Source: Bacilli bacterium (GTDB taxonomy: Bacteria > Bacillota_I > Bacilli_A > RFN20 > CAG-826). From it: a stretch of 64,000 bases of DNA. Below the pieces are notes generated by a model. It worked only from the letters and a program-made list of their open reading frames with translations, made no database searches and was not told the origin of the DNA. Of this stretch, positions 54,513 through 64,000 are shown in pieces; position 1 is the stretch's first letter; every line of letters begins with the position of its first letter. The DNA lies in NCBI GenBank assembly GCA_024408655.1, contig JAKSUV010000004.1:7112-71111 (forward strand). The letters run 5' to 3'. The translations under genes were made by a program, and so were the position numbers.

Positions 54513-56545
54513 GATTATTATTAGTCTTTCTTGGTTTATTCCTTGGCTTAACGATTGTTGGTGAGCATCTTATCGCTTTAACAATCGTGACGCTATGCGT
54601 CGCTATTTTTATTTTTTGGCGTTTTCCCAAGAAATTCGGCTTAATTTTTTCCGTAGCGGTTGTTGTTGGTGTTGCTTATTCATTTTTTAATTTACGTCTT
54701 AATCCGATTGAAGGTAGTTATCTAGGCATCGTTATCGAAGCCCGGAGTAACTACTATATCGTGTGGTGTAAATTTGAGCGACTCATTGTTTACGAAAATA
54801 ATAACAGTAAAGAAATTGGGGATATTATTCGCTTTTCGGGTAACCTCAACGAACTCGTTGATACATCACTAGAAAGTGAATTCAATTTTTATCATTATCT
54901 TCGTAATTTAGGCGTGAGTCGTGAACTAGTGGTAAGTGGGAGTGACGCTATTTTTAATAATTTTATTAAACTTAAAGCGTATAAGTTAATGTTTCTTAAT
55001 TTATTTGATAGCGGGGCACGCGATTATATTGATGCGTTACTTTTTAACGTGAAAAATTATGACAGCGAATCACTTCAACTCGCGAGTTCTCTTAATCTCA
55101 TCTACTTATTTTCTAACGCCGGAATTTATTTAAGTCTTCTTTTTCGGATAGTTGAATATTTTCTTTTTCTTCGCTTTGATAAACGCGGCAGTCGCATTGG
55201 TTCACTTTTGATTTTATCGTGGTATTTAATCTTTACTTTACCAAAAGTGGGGGTGAGACGTATTTTGTATCTTAAAGTCTTTTCGTTAATTAACGAAGGG
55301 AAACTAAAAAAGCGGTTTACTTATGTTGAAGTGATATCGCTAGTAGGAATCACGATGCTTCTTTTTAACCACTACCTAGCTAGACAATCTAGTTTCTATC
55401 TTGGTTTCTTATTGTCACTTACTTTTCTTTTAGTTCGCTCGACTCTTAACCGCGGGAAACGATACCAAGTTTTCCTTAAAACAAGCGTTTTCCTCTTCTT
55501 TTTTCTACTCCCCGTTTCCTTAATGGACCAACACGAGTTTCATCTTTTAGCCATTCCCTTTCAAACGATTTTAACGCCAATGATGTTTCTTTTAATGTTC
55601 TCGGGTGTGATAAGTTTCTATTCTTACCCGATTAAACCTTACTTTAACGCTTTAACTAGTGGCATTAATTACACCTTAAAGGGTTTTAGTTATATTGATC
55701 TAACGGTTAACTTCAAAGATTTTAACGAATATTATTTAATCATTTATTATTTGTTGTTCTTTTTAATCATCTATTACTTTGAAGCGTTTTATTACGCGCG
55801 GTCGCGATTATTTACATTTATGTTACTCGCAACTTTCTTAATTCAGATTGTGCCGTATGAATATTTATACGCTGATTCAATTTGCTTTTTAAACGTGGGG
55901 CAAGGCGATTGTTGTCTTGTGCGACATAACGCTTATAACATCATGATTGATACGGGTGGTCTTACTTATAAAGACATCGCAACGGAAGTGAGCATTCCGT
56001 ATTTAAAAAAGAAAGGAATATATCAATTAGACTATGTCTTTATCTCGCATGATGACTATGACCATTGTGGTGCATTAAATAGTTTAAAGAATAACTTTAA
56101 TGTTAAACATATCATTGATAATCAATCTGCGTTTAAAATTACGATTAGTGATTTAGTCATTGAAAATCTTAACGCCTGGGCAAGTGAAGCAAAAGATAGT
56201 AATGATGCCTCTCAAGTTTTATTATTGACCGCAGCGCACCGCCGGGTCCTAATGATGGGGGATGCATCAACTAGTGTTGAAAAGAAATTAATGAATGCCT
56301 ATCCAAAAGGATTAAATATCGATTTATTAAAACTTGGTCACCATGGATCAAAGACTTCAAGTAGCTATGAATTTTTAAAATGGGTTGATCCAAGTGACGC
56401 GATTATTAGTGTTGGAAAAAATAATTATTACGGTCATCCGAATAAGGAGGTCTTAATGAATTTAGAAAGTCTTAAGATTCCTTACCATCGGACCGATGAA
56501 GTTGGGAGCGTTATTTACTATGGAAATAACTTCTTACGCGCATAG
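54509..56545 (+). CDS. comEC: DNA internalisation competence protein ComEC/Rec2
   Basis: Polytopic competence domain plus a C-terminal metallo-beta-lactamase fold (LNVGQGDCCLV, SHDDYDHCG, LGHHGSKTS). Confidence 0.85.
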   Translation: MRLLLVFLGLFLGLTIVGEHLIALTIVTLCVAIFIFWRFPKKFGLIFSVAVVVGVAYSFFNLRLNPIEGSYLGIVIEARSNYYIVWCKFERLIVYENNNSKEIGDIIRFSGNLNELVDTSLESEFNFYHYLRNLGVSRELVVSGSDAIFNNFIKLKAYKLMFLNLFDSGARDYIDALLFNVKNYDSESLQLASSLNLIYLFSNAGIYLSLLFRIVEYFLFLRFDKRGSRIGSLLILSWYLIFTLPKVGVRRILYLKVFSLINEGKLKKRFTYVEVISLVGITMLLFNHYLARQSSFYLGFLLSLTFLLVRSTLNRGKRYQVFLKTSVFLFFFLLPVSLMDQHEFHLLAIPFQTILTPMMFLLMFSGVISFYSYPIKPYFNALTSGINYTLKGFSYIDLTVNFKDFNEYYLIIYYLLFFLIIYYFEAFYYARSRLFTFMLLATFLIQIVPYEYLYADSICFLNVGQGDCCLVRHNAYNIMIDTGGLTYKDIATEVSIPYLKKKGIYQLDYVFISHDDYDHCGALNSLKNNFNVKHIIDNQSAFKITISDLVIENLNAWASEAKDSNDASQVLLLTAAHRRVLMMGDASTSVEKKLMNAYPKGLNIDLLKLGHHGSKTSSSYEFLKWVDPSDAIISVGKNNYYGHPNKEVLMNLESLKIPYHRTDEVGSVIYYGNNFLRA

Positions 56546-56567
56546 TTTTCATATATAATATGAAGTA

Positions 56568-57551
56568 ATGATTTACGTCTATTATAGCGAACTACAAAAA
56601 AGCTTCTTAAAACGGGAAGCCCGGAAGATTATGAAATCCTCTTTAGGTGAACCTAATGACTTTAACTATGTCCGGGTGGACGCGAAAGAAGTAACGGTTC
56701 AAGAAATCGTTAATCATTGTTTAGAAGTACCGATGCTTGAAAATAAAAAAGTGGTGGTCGTCGAAGACGCTTTCTTTGTCGCTAGTAGCAAAAGTAAAGA
56801 AAAGATTAATAAAGATAATGACTATGATGTTTTACTTAAGTATCTTACTCATCCAGTTGAAGAAACTGATTTAGTGCTTTTAGTTTATGCGGATAAACTT
56901 GATGCGCGTAATAAAGTGTTTAAAGCGTTAAGTGAAGCGGGCGCTCACTTTGCTGGGTTTGCGCCACTAAAGGAAGGCGAATGGTTACGTTATACGGAAG
57001 CATTGGTCGAGAAAAGCGGTTTACAATTTGCTAGTAGCGCCGTCCGTGAATTAGCGCGCCGTACGATTAATGACCGTGACCGGTTAATTAACGAAATTGA
57101 AAAACTGGGTTTATATAAAAAGGATATCTCGATTAATGATGTTGTTACATTAGTAAGTGAACCATTAGAAGACCGGGCATTTACTTTAACTAACGCTTTA
57201 CTCGCTGGTAAAACTGATGACGCTTTATTTATTTATCACGACTTAATTACTAAAAGTATGGACCCCAGCGCTTTGTTAACGATGATTGCCAATCAATTCC
57301 GCTTTATGTATATCGCTAATTATCTTAATCGTCACGACCAGGGGCTAGGAGAGATTGCAGAGCAATTAAACGCGAAAGAGTTCCGGGTAAAGATGGCGCT
57401 AGTAAACGCAAGGGCAGTTAAACAAGTCGGAATCGCGAAGATTCTTGATGATATTTATGTCGTAGATAAACAAATAAAAAGCGGTCGGGTGGACCGCTTT
57501 GTGGCGTTTAGTTTATTTATTACTAACTTCGCTCGTAATTATTTACTTTAA
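56568..57551 (+). CDS. holA: DNA polymerase III delta subunit
   Basis: Conserved comEC-holA-rpsT(-) synteny. 327 aa with a delta-like helical C-terminus (LTNALLAGKTDDAL). Confidence 0.78.
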   Translation: MIYVYYSELQKSFLKREARKIMKSSLGEPNDFNYVRVDAKEVTVQEIVNHCLEVPMLENKKVVVVEDAFFVASSKSKEKINKDNDYDVLLKYLTHPVEETDLVLLVYADKLDARNKVFKALSEAGAHFAGFAPLKEGEWLRYTEALVEKSGLQFASSAVRELARRTINDRDRLINEIEKLGLYKKDISINDVVTLVSEPLEDRAFTLTNALLAGKTDDALFIYHDLITKSMDPSALLTMIANQFRFMYIANYLNRHDQGLGEIAEQLNAKEFRVKMALVNARAVKQVGIAKILDDIYVVDKQIKSGRVDRFVAFSLFITNFARNYLL

Positions 57552-57806
57552 AGTATTATAAAGTTTTTGAATTTCCGCTTTTTGTCGCGCAGCGGTATTT
57601 TTATGTTCCGCATGGGTACTAACTGCTTTATCGATTAAGCGCATCGCACTTTTAAGTGCAGCCGTCGCGGCCGCTTTATCTTTTTTCTCAACCGCGGCTT
57701 TGACTTTTTTCATCTCGGTCCGTAACGCACTCCGCGCTGAATAGTTCCGTTGCCGGGCCTTTTCATTGGTGATGATTCGTTTCATTTGTGATTTAATTTG
57801 CGCCAT
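57543..57806 (-). CDS. rpsT: 30S ribosomal protein S20
   Basis: MAQIKSQMKRIITNEKARQRN is the S20 N-terminus. Confidence 0.92.
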   Translation of the reverse strand: MAQIKSQMKRIITNEKARQRNYSARSALRTEMKKVKAAVEKKDKAAATAALKSAMRLIDKAVSTHAEHKNTAARQKAEIQKLYNTLK

Positions 57807-57911
57807 AAGATTACCTCGTTTGACTTGATATAATATAGCAAATTATTACCTAATTTACAATGAAGAGTTAATTTACCTTATTAAGCGAGTGAATATATAA
57901 TTATATATAGG

Positions 57912-58847
57912 ATGAATATCGCCGATTATCGCTTAATCTATATGGGCACTCCCGGAATCAGTGCCAAAACTTTTGAAGCTTTAATTAAAGCGGGTTTTCA
58001 TTTTGTCGCCTTGATTAGTCAAGAAGATAAAGAAGTGGGGCGGAAGAAAGTTCTAACGAAAACACCCACGAAGATTGTCGCTGAAAGATATCATATTCCG
58101 GTTTATCAACCTAAAAAGATTAAAGAAGACTATCAATTTGTTGAAACGTTAAAGCCCGATTTAATTATTACCTTTGCCTATGGGCAAATTATTCCTAAAG
58201 GTTTATTAAATATTCCGCGTTTTGGTTGTGTGAATCTTCATGGTTCACTTTTACCTAAGTATCGTGGAGCGGCACCTATTCAAAGAGCGATTATCCATGG
58301 TGAGAAAGTAACTGGTATTACTTTAATGCGCATGGTTGAGGCGATGGACGCGGGTGAAATGTACGCTAAAGAAGAAGTAGTGATTACGCCTAATGATACT
58401 TATACTTCGTTATCCGATAAATTAAGTGTAGCGGCAAGTAAAGTTGCGATAACTTATATACCACAACTACTAGAAGGGACTTTAAAAGGGACAAAGCAAG
58501 ATGAACAAGCGGTAAGTTTCGCGCCGAAAATCTTGCCGGAAGAAGAACATCTTGATCTAACTTTACCCGCGGAAACCCAGATTAACTATATTCGCGCTTT
58601 AGCGGATAACCCCGGCGCTTATCTTTTTCTTGGCGAAGAAAAGTTAAAAATTTATGCCGCCAAAATCAAACAAAGAACGGTCCGTTATCCAGTTGGTCAT
58701 ATTGCTTTTGTTGAAGGGGCGTTAGTCTATCAAGCCAAAGATGCACTAATCGAATTAATTAAAGTTAAACCCCAAGGGAAAAATATGATGAACGCACTTG
58801 ATTATAAAAACGGTCATCCCTATATTATCGGTCAGAGCCTAAAATAG
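57912..58847 (+). CDS. fmt: Methionyl-tRNA formyltransferase
   Basis: YMGTP, NLHGSLLPKYRGAAPIQRAI. Confidence 0.92.
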   Translation: MNIADYRLIYMGTPGISAKTFEALIKAGFHFVALISQEDKEVGRKKVLTKTPTKIVAERYHIPVYQPKKIKEDYQFVETLKPDLIITFAYGQIIPKGLLNIPRFGCVNLHGSLLPKYRGAAPIQRAIIHGEKVTGITLMRMVEAMDAGEMYAKEEVVITPNDTYTSLSDKLSVAASKVAITYIPQLLEGTLKGTKQDEQAVSFAPKILPEEEHLDLTLPAETQINYIRALADNPGAYLFLGEEKLKIYAAKIKQRTVRYPVGHIAFVEGALVYQAKDALIELIKVKPQGKNMMNALDYKNGHPYIIGQSLK

Positions 58848-58881
58848 TTGCTATAATATAAATATATTAAGGAGTATTTGT

Positions 58882-59370
58882 ATGGGTTTATTTGATCGGT
58901 TCAAAAAAAGCGACGCAGATCCATTAACTATCTACGCGCCTATTTCTGGTAAAGTTGTTCCGCTTGAACAATTAGCGGATAAAACATTCTCGAGTAAAAT
59001 CATGGGTGATGGCGTTGCCATTATTCCAGCCGAAGGCAAAATCTTCGCACCGGTTAACGGAACCATCAGTGCTTTACTTGATACGAAACATGCCTATGGC
59101 ATTACCGCTGAAGGTGGTTATGAACTTTTAGTTCACATTGGTCAAGACACTGTCAATTTAAAAGGTGAAGGTTTTACTACTAAAGCGAAGCAAGATAAAA
59201 AAATTAAGAAAGGTGAATTACTAGGAACCTTCGATATCGACTTTATCAAGAAGAGCGGTTATGAGATTGCGACTCCAGTGATTCTAATGCAGGGTGATTA
59301 CAAGATTAAGAATAGAACTGACGCGGCCGAAGTTAAAGCCGGCGACGTTTTATTTACCGTCAGTAAGTAA
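58882..59370 (+). CDS. crr: PTS EIIA-Glc (Crr-like), stand-alone
   Basis: GDGVAIIP, the HAYGI phosphohistidine region and LVHIGQDTVNLKGEGF. Confidence 0.85.
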   Translation: MGLFDRFKKSDADPLTIYAPISGKVVPLEQLADKTFSSKIMGDGVAIIPAEGKIFAPVNGTISALLDTKHAYGITAEGGYELLVHIGQDTVNLKGEGFTTKAKQDKKIKKGELLGTFDIDFIKKSGYEIATPVILMQGDYKIKNRTDAAEVKAGDVLFTVSK

Positions 59371-59587
59371 TAATTTGTTTGAGATAAACCCGATTTGTTG
59401 AACACAATTGTTATATCTTTGTATCACGAGTTTTTGCTAATTCTTACGAATTATACTCATAAAATGCATCATAGTTGACGAGTTAGTAAATAGCGTTATA
59501 GGTCTAGTAAAGTTTATATTTAGATTAATTAAGATATAATGTAAAAGATAAGTTTTAAATAAAACTTTGGCGAAAGATTAGATAATT

Positions 59588-60679
59588 ATGAAAACTAAAT
59601 GGACAAAAAAGGCCATCAATGAATGGTATAAATCCTTGCCTTGGCTAACCGGTACGAATTTTTTACCGAGTAACGTTATTAATCGTTTAGATATGTGGCA
59701 AAGTTACCATCGTGAAGAACATTTACTCCGAGCCGAGAAGGAATTAGCGTTTGCCGAAAAATTAGGTTTTAATACGATAAGACTATGGGCCAATTTTGAT
59801 GTTTATTATAAAGAGCCCAAAGAGTTTATGAAAACGCTATCGCGTTATATTGAATTAGCGAGAAAATACCACCAGAAAGTTATGATGGTATTAGCGTATG
59901 AAGAAGATCTTCCTTTTGGCAATAAATTCGTTGCCAAAAAATTAGGACCCCAAAAGCTATACTACAATCATTTTAATCGCGATTATGTCGAGCGCGAGGA
60001 GCACTTAAAGAAGGGAGATTACAAACATTATTTAGAATATAAGGAAACTAGACCCCTATTCTTAGAAATGGTTAAAAAGATTGTTCTAAAGTATAAAGAT
60101 GACAAGATTATCTTCGCGTGGAATGTAATGAATGAACCTGGAAATACCTTAAAAGCTAAACAGGCTATGCCCATTCTAGATACTTTATTTGAATTTGTTA
60201 GAAGTTTAAACCCGAGTCAGCCTCTCGCCGCTGATGTATGGTCAACCGTGACTAAAGATGGTAAACCCGCTAACAAACTTGAACAGCACGCTTTCGATCT
60301 TTCCGATTTTTGTTCTTTCCATTCATATTTAAACTTTAAAGAATTTAAAAGAAATGTTTTAGCGGCTAAATCTTGGGGTAAACCAGTTATTGTTACTGAG
60401 TGGTTAAACCGCGTAAATCATAATGAATTTTATGATTGCTATCCTTGGCTAAATAAGCAGAAAATCGGTTCCTATATTTGGGGATTTATTCAAGGTTTAA
60501 CCTATACGACCGAACCTTGGGAATCAATATATTTAGATATGGCTAAAGGTAAAGATATTTCAATGTTTAATATCACTAAGTGGCAACATGAATTATTTAG
60601 AACTAACTTTCGTCCATATGATTATAAAGAATTCGCAACTCTCTGTAAGGTTAATAAAATAAAGTTTTTAATTAAATAG
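59588..60679 (+). CDS. Cytoplasmic (beta/alpha)8 glycoside hydrolase, GH5-like
   Basis: NTIRLW, WNVMNEPGN (acid/base NEP) and VIVTEW (nucleophile Glu). No signal peptide. Confidence 0.6.
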   Translation: MKTKWTKKAINEWYKSLPWLTGTNFLPSNVINRLDMWQSYHREEHLLRAEKELAFAEKLGFNTIRLWANFDVYYKEPKEFMKTLSRYIELARKYHQKVMMVLAYEEDLPFGNKFVAKKLGPQKLYYNHFNRDYVEREEHLKKGDYKHYLEYKETRPLFLEMVKKIVLKYKDDKIIFAWNVMNEPGNTLKAKQAMPILDTLFEFVRSLNPSQPLAADVWSTVTKDGKPANKLEQHAFDLSDFCSFHSYLNFKEFKRNVLAAKSWGKPVIVTEWLNRVNHNEFYDCYPWLNKQKIGSYIWGFIQGLTYTTEPWESIYLDMAKGKDISMFNITKWQHELFRTNFRPYDYKEFATLCKVNKIKFLIK

Positions 60680-60786
60680 ATAAACCGTATCGTTTTTTTA
60701 GAAATACACAATCAATAATGAGTACACATTTTGATTTGCGATTAAAGGACTTTTAATATAGTATAAAACTGAAAGGTTTTCATGTA

Positions 60787-63075
60787 ATGAAAAAAGGTAA
60801 ACTCCTTGTTGCAGTTTCAATGGTCACACCCCTTTTAACTAACTGTGGTTGTAGCAACGACGATTGTTTTATTAAATTAGAAAACTCCACTAACTGTGAG
60901 TTACGCGTATCGCCTGATGCAAAAGCGGTTGACTCAATTAAATTCACTAAAGGTGCTAAAAATCTCGAATTCTATATTTACCCAGCCGACGCTGACATGG
61001 ATAAACACATCCATGTTAATTCGATTACTACTGGGAAAAAAGATTTTAGTGGTCACTATGAAGTAAAAGATTCTTTCCATTTTATAACCGACGACACTAA
61101 ATTAACCGACGACTTAATCATTAGCGCTGATGCGGTTAATACTTTTACAGTCACTTTCCATGCTAACGACGGAAAATATAGCGATGGGACTACAACTCGT
61201 AAAGTAAATGATGTAGAAAAAGGTGAGAAATTTGGTGAAGTGCTAAAGCGCTTAGATGAAAAACCGACTCGACAAATAAAAGATTTGCTTGAGGGTTGGA
61301 CAGATATTAATAAAGCGCCAGTTAAGGATGACTTTGTGATTAAAGACGATCTAACAGTTTTTGCTAACTTTGTGACTTATACTAATTACGCTATATTCGA
61401 AGATATACACGAACACATTGACACAAGCAACATGCAATTTTATGAAGGCCAAGCTTACACTGCATTTAATGCTGCTTATGGTTTAAAATTTAATTTTTTG
61501 TTTGAAATCGGATATGAACTTTATAGTGAACAGTATCTTGGGATAGAAGTTTTAGATATTACTATGCCAGAACGTAAAATACCATACACTCTTGTTGGTA
61601 ATTCATTATCTATTATGTCAAAAGACATTGGGGATCATGACATTATTATTAGGAATATTAGAGCCAGCGCCATACAATATGACGTTTATAAACCCAGTAG
61701 CCGTACATATTTAGAAGGCATTGATGATAGTGGAACTCCAAAACCAACAATTGAATCTGGATACACAGCAATCATTACTTTTAAAGATGGCTATCGGGTG
61801 CCTAGTCGCCAAATGGTGGTCGTAACGATTGGTGGGAAGAAGTACGAAAAATTTTCTTGGGATTTAGATCCTGACAATGAACACCAAATTAAATTTATTA
61901 TTCCGCCAGGAGATGTTGCGGGTACTGTATCATACGATTTCTATTCTTATGAGCTCAGAGTAGCAGGGTCTGTTTGTGAACTTGGAGAAGATGCGCAAAA
62001 TCCGGTGGCGGGGATGAAAGTTACCTTAATTTCAGTTAACGGGGCATATAGTGAAACGACTTCAACCGATTCAGCCGGATATTATAAATTTGAATCCATT
62101 GATCCTGATGTTACTTATGAAATTAAAATTGATTTAAGCACCGGATGCACTGCCGGACAAACTTGGGTCTCTAATTACGATACACTAACTATTTCTCCTG
62201 AAGAAATTAGAGATGAAGTTAATAAAGATTTTTATGTTGCTAATTATGATGATTTAGATGATAAACCTTTAAAAATAAAGGTTAACGATGGTTATGCTAA
62301 TTATGATATTTCCGCTTATAACGGGAAGGCTAAATCTACTTATGATGGTTCAACCTACTACGATATAGATCTAAAAGAATATGACACTAATTTGCTGCTA
62401 AAGTGTAATCTTCGTAGAACTAGCGTTGAAGAGTTTTATATTTTAGACATGCCGACGATAGTTGCTCCTATTGATATATCGGAAACAGGCGAAGTGATAG
62501 ATTTAAATATTGGCGCTTATAAGTCTTATCTTACTCTTTGGTGCTGCATGATTCCTCAAGTCTTCTACCCGGGTTGTGGGATTGCAACTAGTAGAGCGAA
62601 CGAAAATTTTGCATTTATGATTCATTCATCTACTCTTAGAAGAGATGATTTAACCTATCAATTTGCTTTTACAACCGATAATACGAGTTCTACATTAAAT
62701 GAGCGTGTTTTTATTGTGAATTTTACTACTTCGGGCGAAATTATATCAATAACCGATGGGGTTGGGAGAAAAGTCAATCATCCTGAGCTAGTCCATGTAT
62801 ATTATCATGACGCTACTAAAGAAGGCGCTTTCCCAGCGATTGAAGTTAGCACTACTGCTGATTTTATTAGAGCGCAAGGAATATCGATGACAGACGATCA
62901 AGACATTTATTGCACGATGCGTTCATCTTGCGCTGGCTACTATGGAGAACTTATTCCATTACCAACAGAAGAAATTAAACTAGATAATCCAACTACATAT
63001 CCATTGCTCAAAGCTGACGGTTCTTTTAATCCGCCATCATTCCAAGACGATGGTTCTTTTGGTTCATTGCAATAA
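60787..63075 (+). CDS. Large surface lipoprotein with a Listeria-Bacteroides repeat and a CarboxypepD_reg/SdrD-B-like domain
   Basis: Lipobox LLTNCGC. FTVTFHANDGKYSDGTT...EGWTD...DDLTVFANF is the repeat. VAGMKVTLISVNGAYSETTSTDSAGYYKFESI is the beta-sandwich motif. Confidence 0.72.
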   Translation: MKKGKLLVAVSMVTPLLTNCGCSNDDCFIKLENSTNCELRVSPDAKAVDSIKFTKGAKNLEFYIYPADADMDKHIHVNSITTGKKDFSGHYEVKDSFHFITDDTKLTDDLIISADAVNTFTVTFHANDGKYSDGTTTRKVNDVEKGEKFGEVLKRLDEKPTRQIKDLLEGWTDINKAPVKDDFVIKDDLTVFANFVTYTNYAIFEDIHEHIDTSNMQFYEGQAYTAFNAAYGLKFNFLFEIGYELYSEQYLGIEVLDITMPERKIPYTLVGNSLSIMSKDIGDHDIIIRNIRASAIQYDVYKPSSRTYLEGIDDSGTPKPTIESGYTAIITFKDGYRVPSRQMVVVTIGGKKYEKFSWDLDPDNEHQIKFIIPPGDVAGTVSYDFYSYELRVAGSVCELGEDAQNPVAGMKVTLISVNGAYSETTSTDSAGYYKFESIDPDVTYEIKIDLSTGCTAGQTWVSNYDTLTISPEEIRDEVNKDFYVANYDDLDDKPLKIKVNDGYANYDISAYNGKAKSTYDGSTYYDIDLKEYDTNLLLKCNLRRTSVEEFYILDMPTIVAPIDISETGEVIDLNIGAYKSYLTLWCCMIPQVFYPGCGIATSRANENFAFMIHSSTLRRDDLTYQFAFTTDNTSSTLNERVFIVNFTTSGEIISITDGVGRKVNHPELVHVYYHDATKEGAFPAIEVSTTADFIRAQGISMTDDQDIYCTMRSSCAGYYGELIPLPTEEIKLDNPTTYPLLKADGSFNPPSFQDDGSFGSLQ

Positions 63076-63085
63076 GGAGAAAGTT

Positions 63086-64000
63086 ATGAATAAAATGTTA
63101 TTAGTTAAATTACTCATATTAGTATCAGCGGCGGGCTCATTATCTTGTGGGAGTGCTTATGGTTTAAAACCTAGCGAAACCATTGCTCAAGTAGAACCGA
63201 TTGTTACCGGTAACCTTCAAGAATTTAAGATGGTATCTCCTGGTGTCGACAAGCATTTACAATTTTTAAATATATCCATTATCTATAATTCGGATACTAA
63301 ACAATTATATTATTCGTTAAAAGGAAACACTCAATCTGGTAGTTACGAAAATAACCAGTTAGGATTTATCACCGGTGATAGAGAAAAACCCGAAAACACT
63401 AAAGATAATTTTTATAATTCTTTTCAATCTGTAGAAATGCTCGGTCCGACAGAAATACACGACGCCTATAATACACGTTCAGGCAAAAGAGAATGTGTCG
63501 ATTACACCTATAATTCTTATACATTAACTGCAACAAATGCATCTAACAAAAAAATGCAAATTGAATGTCGACTATATGACACCGGTTTTGCTTTCCGTTA
63601 TAAATTTGATTCGGATGGAATAGTTAATGATAAAGAGGATACTAACAACACTGAGAAAACTACTTTTGCTGTTTACACAGGCGATAATTGTCGATATATC
63701 TATCAACAAGGGGATCAGGGTAAATATGAAGAGGATTACGAAAGACTTTACGAAAATTCTAGTTCACTTAATACCCACACCTATCGAGTGTTTCCGTTTT
63801 TAGAAACAAAAAAAGGTGAACCCGCCATCTTATTTGCCGAAGCGGGGTTAAATGGAACTTATAGCGATTCGGGATTATATAGTAGCAAAGGTAGCCCTAA
63901 CCTCCAGGTTATGCCAACGAAGCAAGAACGTACGTGGGAATTTAATTTTACACCTAGAACGATTAGCATGAATAACTTTGTTTCTCCATGGCGAGTGTTT
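63086..64000 (+). CDS. Secreted/lipoprotein glycoside hydrolase, GH97-like N-terminal region (partial, runs off the window)
   Basis: Absent from the ORF track. SD aaggag, then ATG 63086, open for 305 codons to the window end. Signal/lipobox SLSCGS. RLYDTGFAFRYKF and SPWRVF resemble GH97 N-domain hallmarks. Confidence 0.5.
   Translation, partial: MNKMLLVKLLILVSAAGSLSCGSAYGLKPSETIAQVEPIVTGNLQEFKMVSPGVDKHLQFLNISIIYNSDTKQLYYSLKGNTQSGSYENNQLGFITGDREKPENTKDNFYNSFQSVEMLGPTEIHDAYNTRSGKRECVDYTYNSYTLTATNASNKKMQIECRLYDTGFAFRYKFDSDGIVNDKEDTNNTEKTTFAVYTGDNCRYIYQQGDQGKYEEDYERLYENSSSLNTHTYRVFPFLETKKGEPAILFAEAGLNGTYSDSGLYSSKGSPNLQVMPTKQERTWEFNFTPRTISMNNFVSPWRVF

Noticed and set aside
58882-59370. Orphan EIIA-Glc as an unusual regulatory element for the GPH transporters or glpK.
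   Set aside because: Stand-alone crr genes are common, and no sequence feature here links it to those genes. It is reported only as a feature.
1-64000. Possibility that the genome uses genetic code 4 (UGA = Trp), given the Mollicutes-like gene content.
   Set aside because: TGA ends ftsY (34896-34898) and the 5'-nucleotidase gene (11347-11349) at positions matching family lengths. All conserved proteins are full length without in-frame TGA. The tRNA-Trp present has anticodon CCA, not UCA.
1-64000. CRISPR arrays, rRNA operons, IS elements, integrases or prophage blocks.
   Set aside because: All non-coding gaps are under 300 nt and were read individually. None contains a repeat-spacer periodicity. 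No ORF shows transposase, recombinase or phage structural motifs.

Overview
This is a 64-kb, very gene-dense chromosomal segment from a low-GC Firmicutes/Mollicutes-type bacterium. All GC and similarity statements are by eye; no search was possible. The organism uses the standard genetic code: TGA terminates ftsY and the 5'-nucleotidase gene, and the tRNA-Trp has anticodon CCA. That fits an Acholeplasma-, Erysipelotrichia- or RF39-like lineage rather than Mycoplasma.

The backbone is core information processing:
- trmD-rimM-KH-rpsP
- rpsL-rpsG-fusA, with tuf about 8.8 kb further on
- recG, plsX-rnc-ftsY-ylxM-ffh
- glpK, mtaB, rpmF, deoC, rpsU
- comEA-comEC-holA, rpsT, fmt, crr
- three tRNAs: Ala-CGC, Trp-CCA and Gly-UCC

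Accessory content:
- An amino-sugar/glycoside uptake and kinase cluster sits between fusA and tuf.
- An AT-rich three-gene islet beside it carries a TacT/AtaT-like GNAT toxin homologue.
- Three large lipoproteins are present, including BspA-type LRR and Listeria-Bacteroides-repeat proteins.
- A GH5-like/GH97-like glycan locus lies at the 3' end.
- An orphan AAA ATPase (DUF4143 type) sits between rpsU and comEA.

The most unusual object is an 815-aa single polypeptide at 36695-39142 on the minus strand. It fuses a polytopic ECF-S-like membrane domain, an RlmN/Cfr-like radical-SAM domain and a complete MTA/SAH (5'-deoxyadenosine) nucleosidase domain.

Four genes are absent from the supplied ORF track and were found by reading the DNA:
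- a partial MATE transporter (1-990, minus strand)
- a 57-aa ORF (22786-22959)
- rpsU (52109-52282)
- a partial GH97-like gene (63086-64000)

I saw no rRNA, CRISPR array, transposase or integrase.
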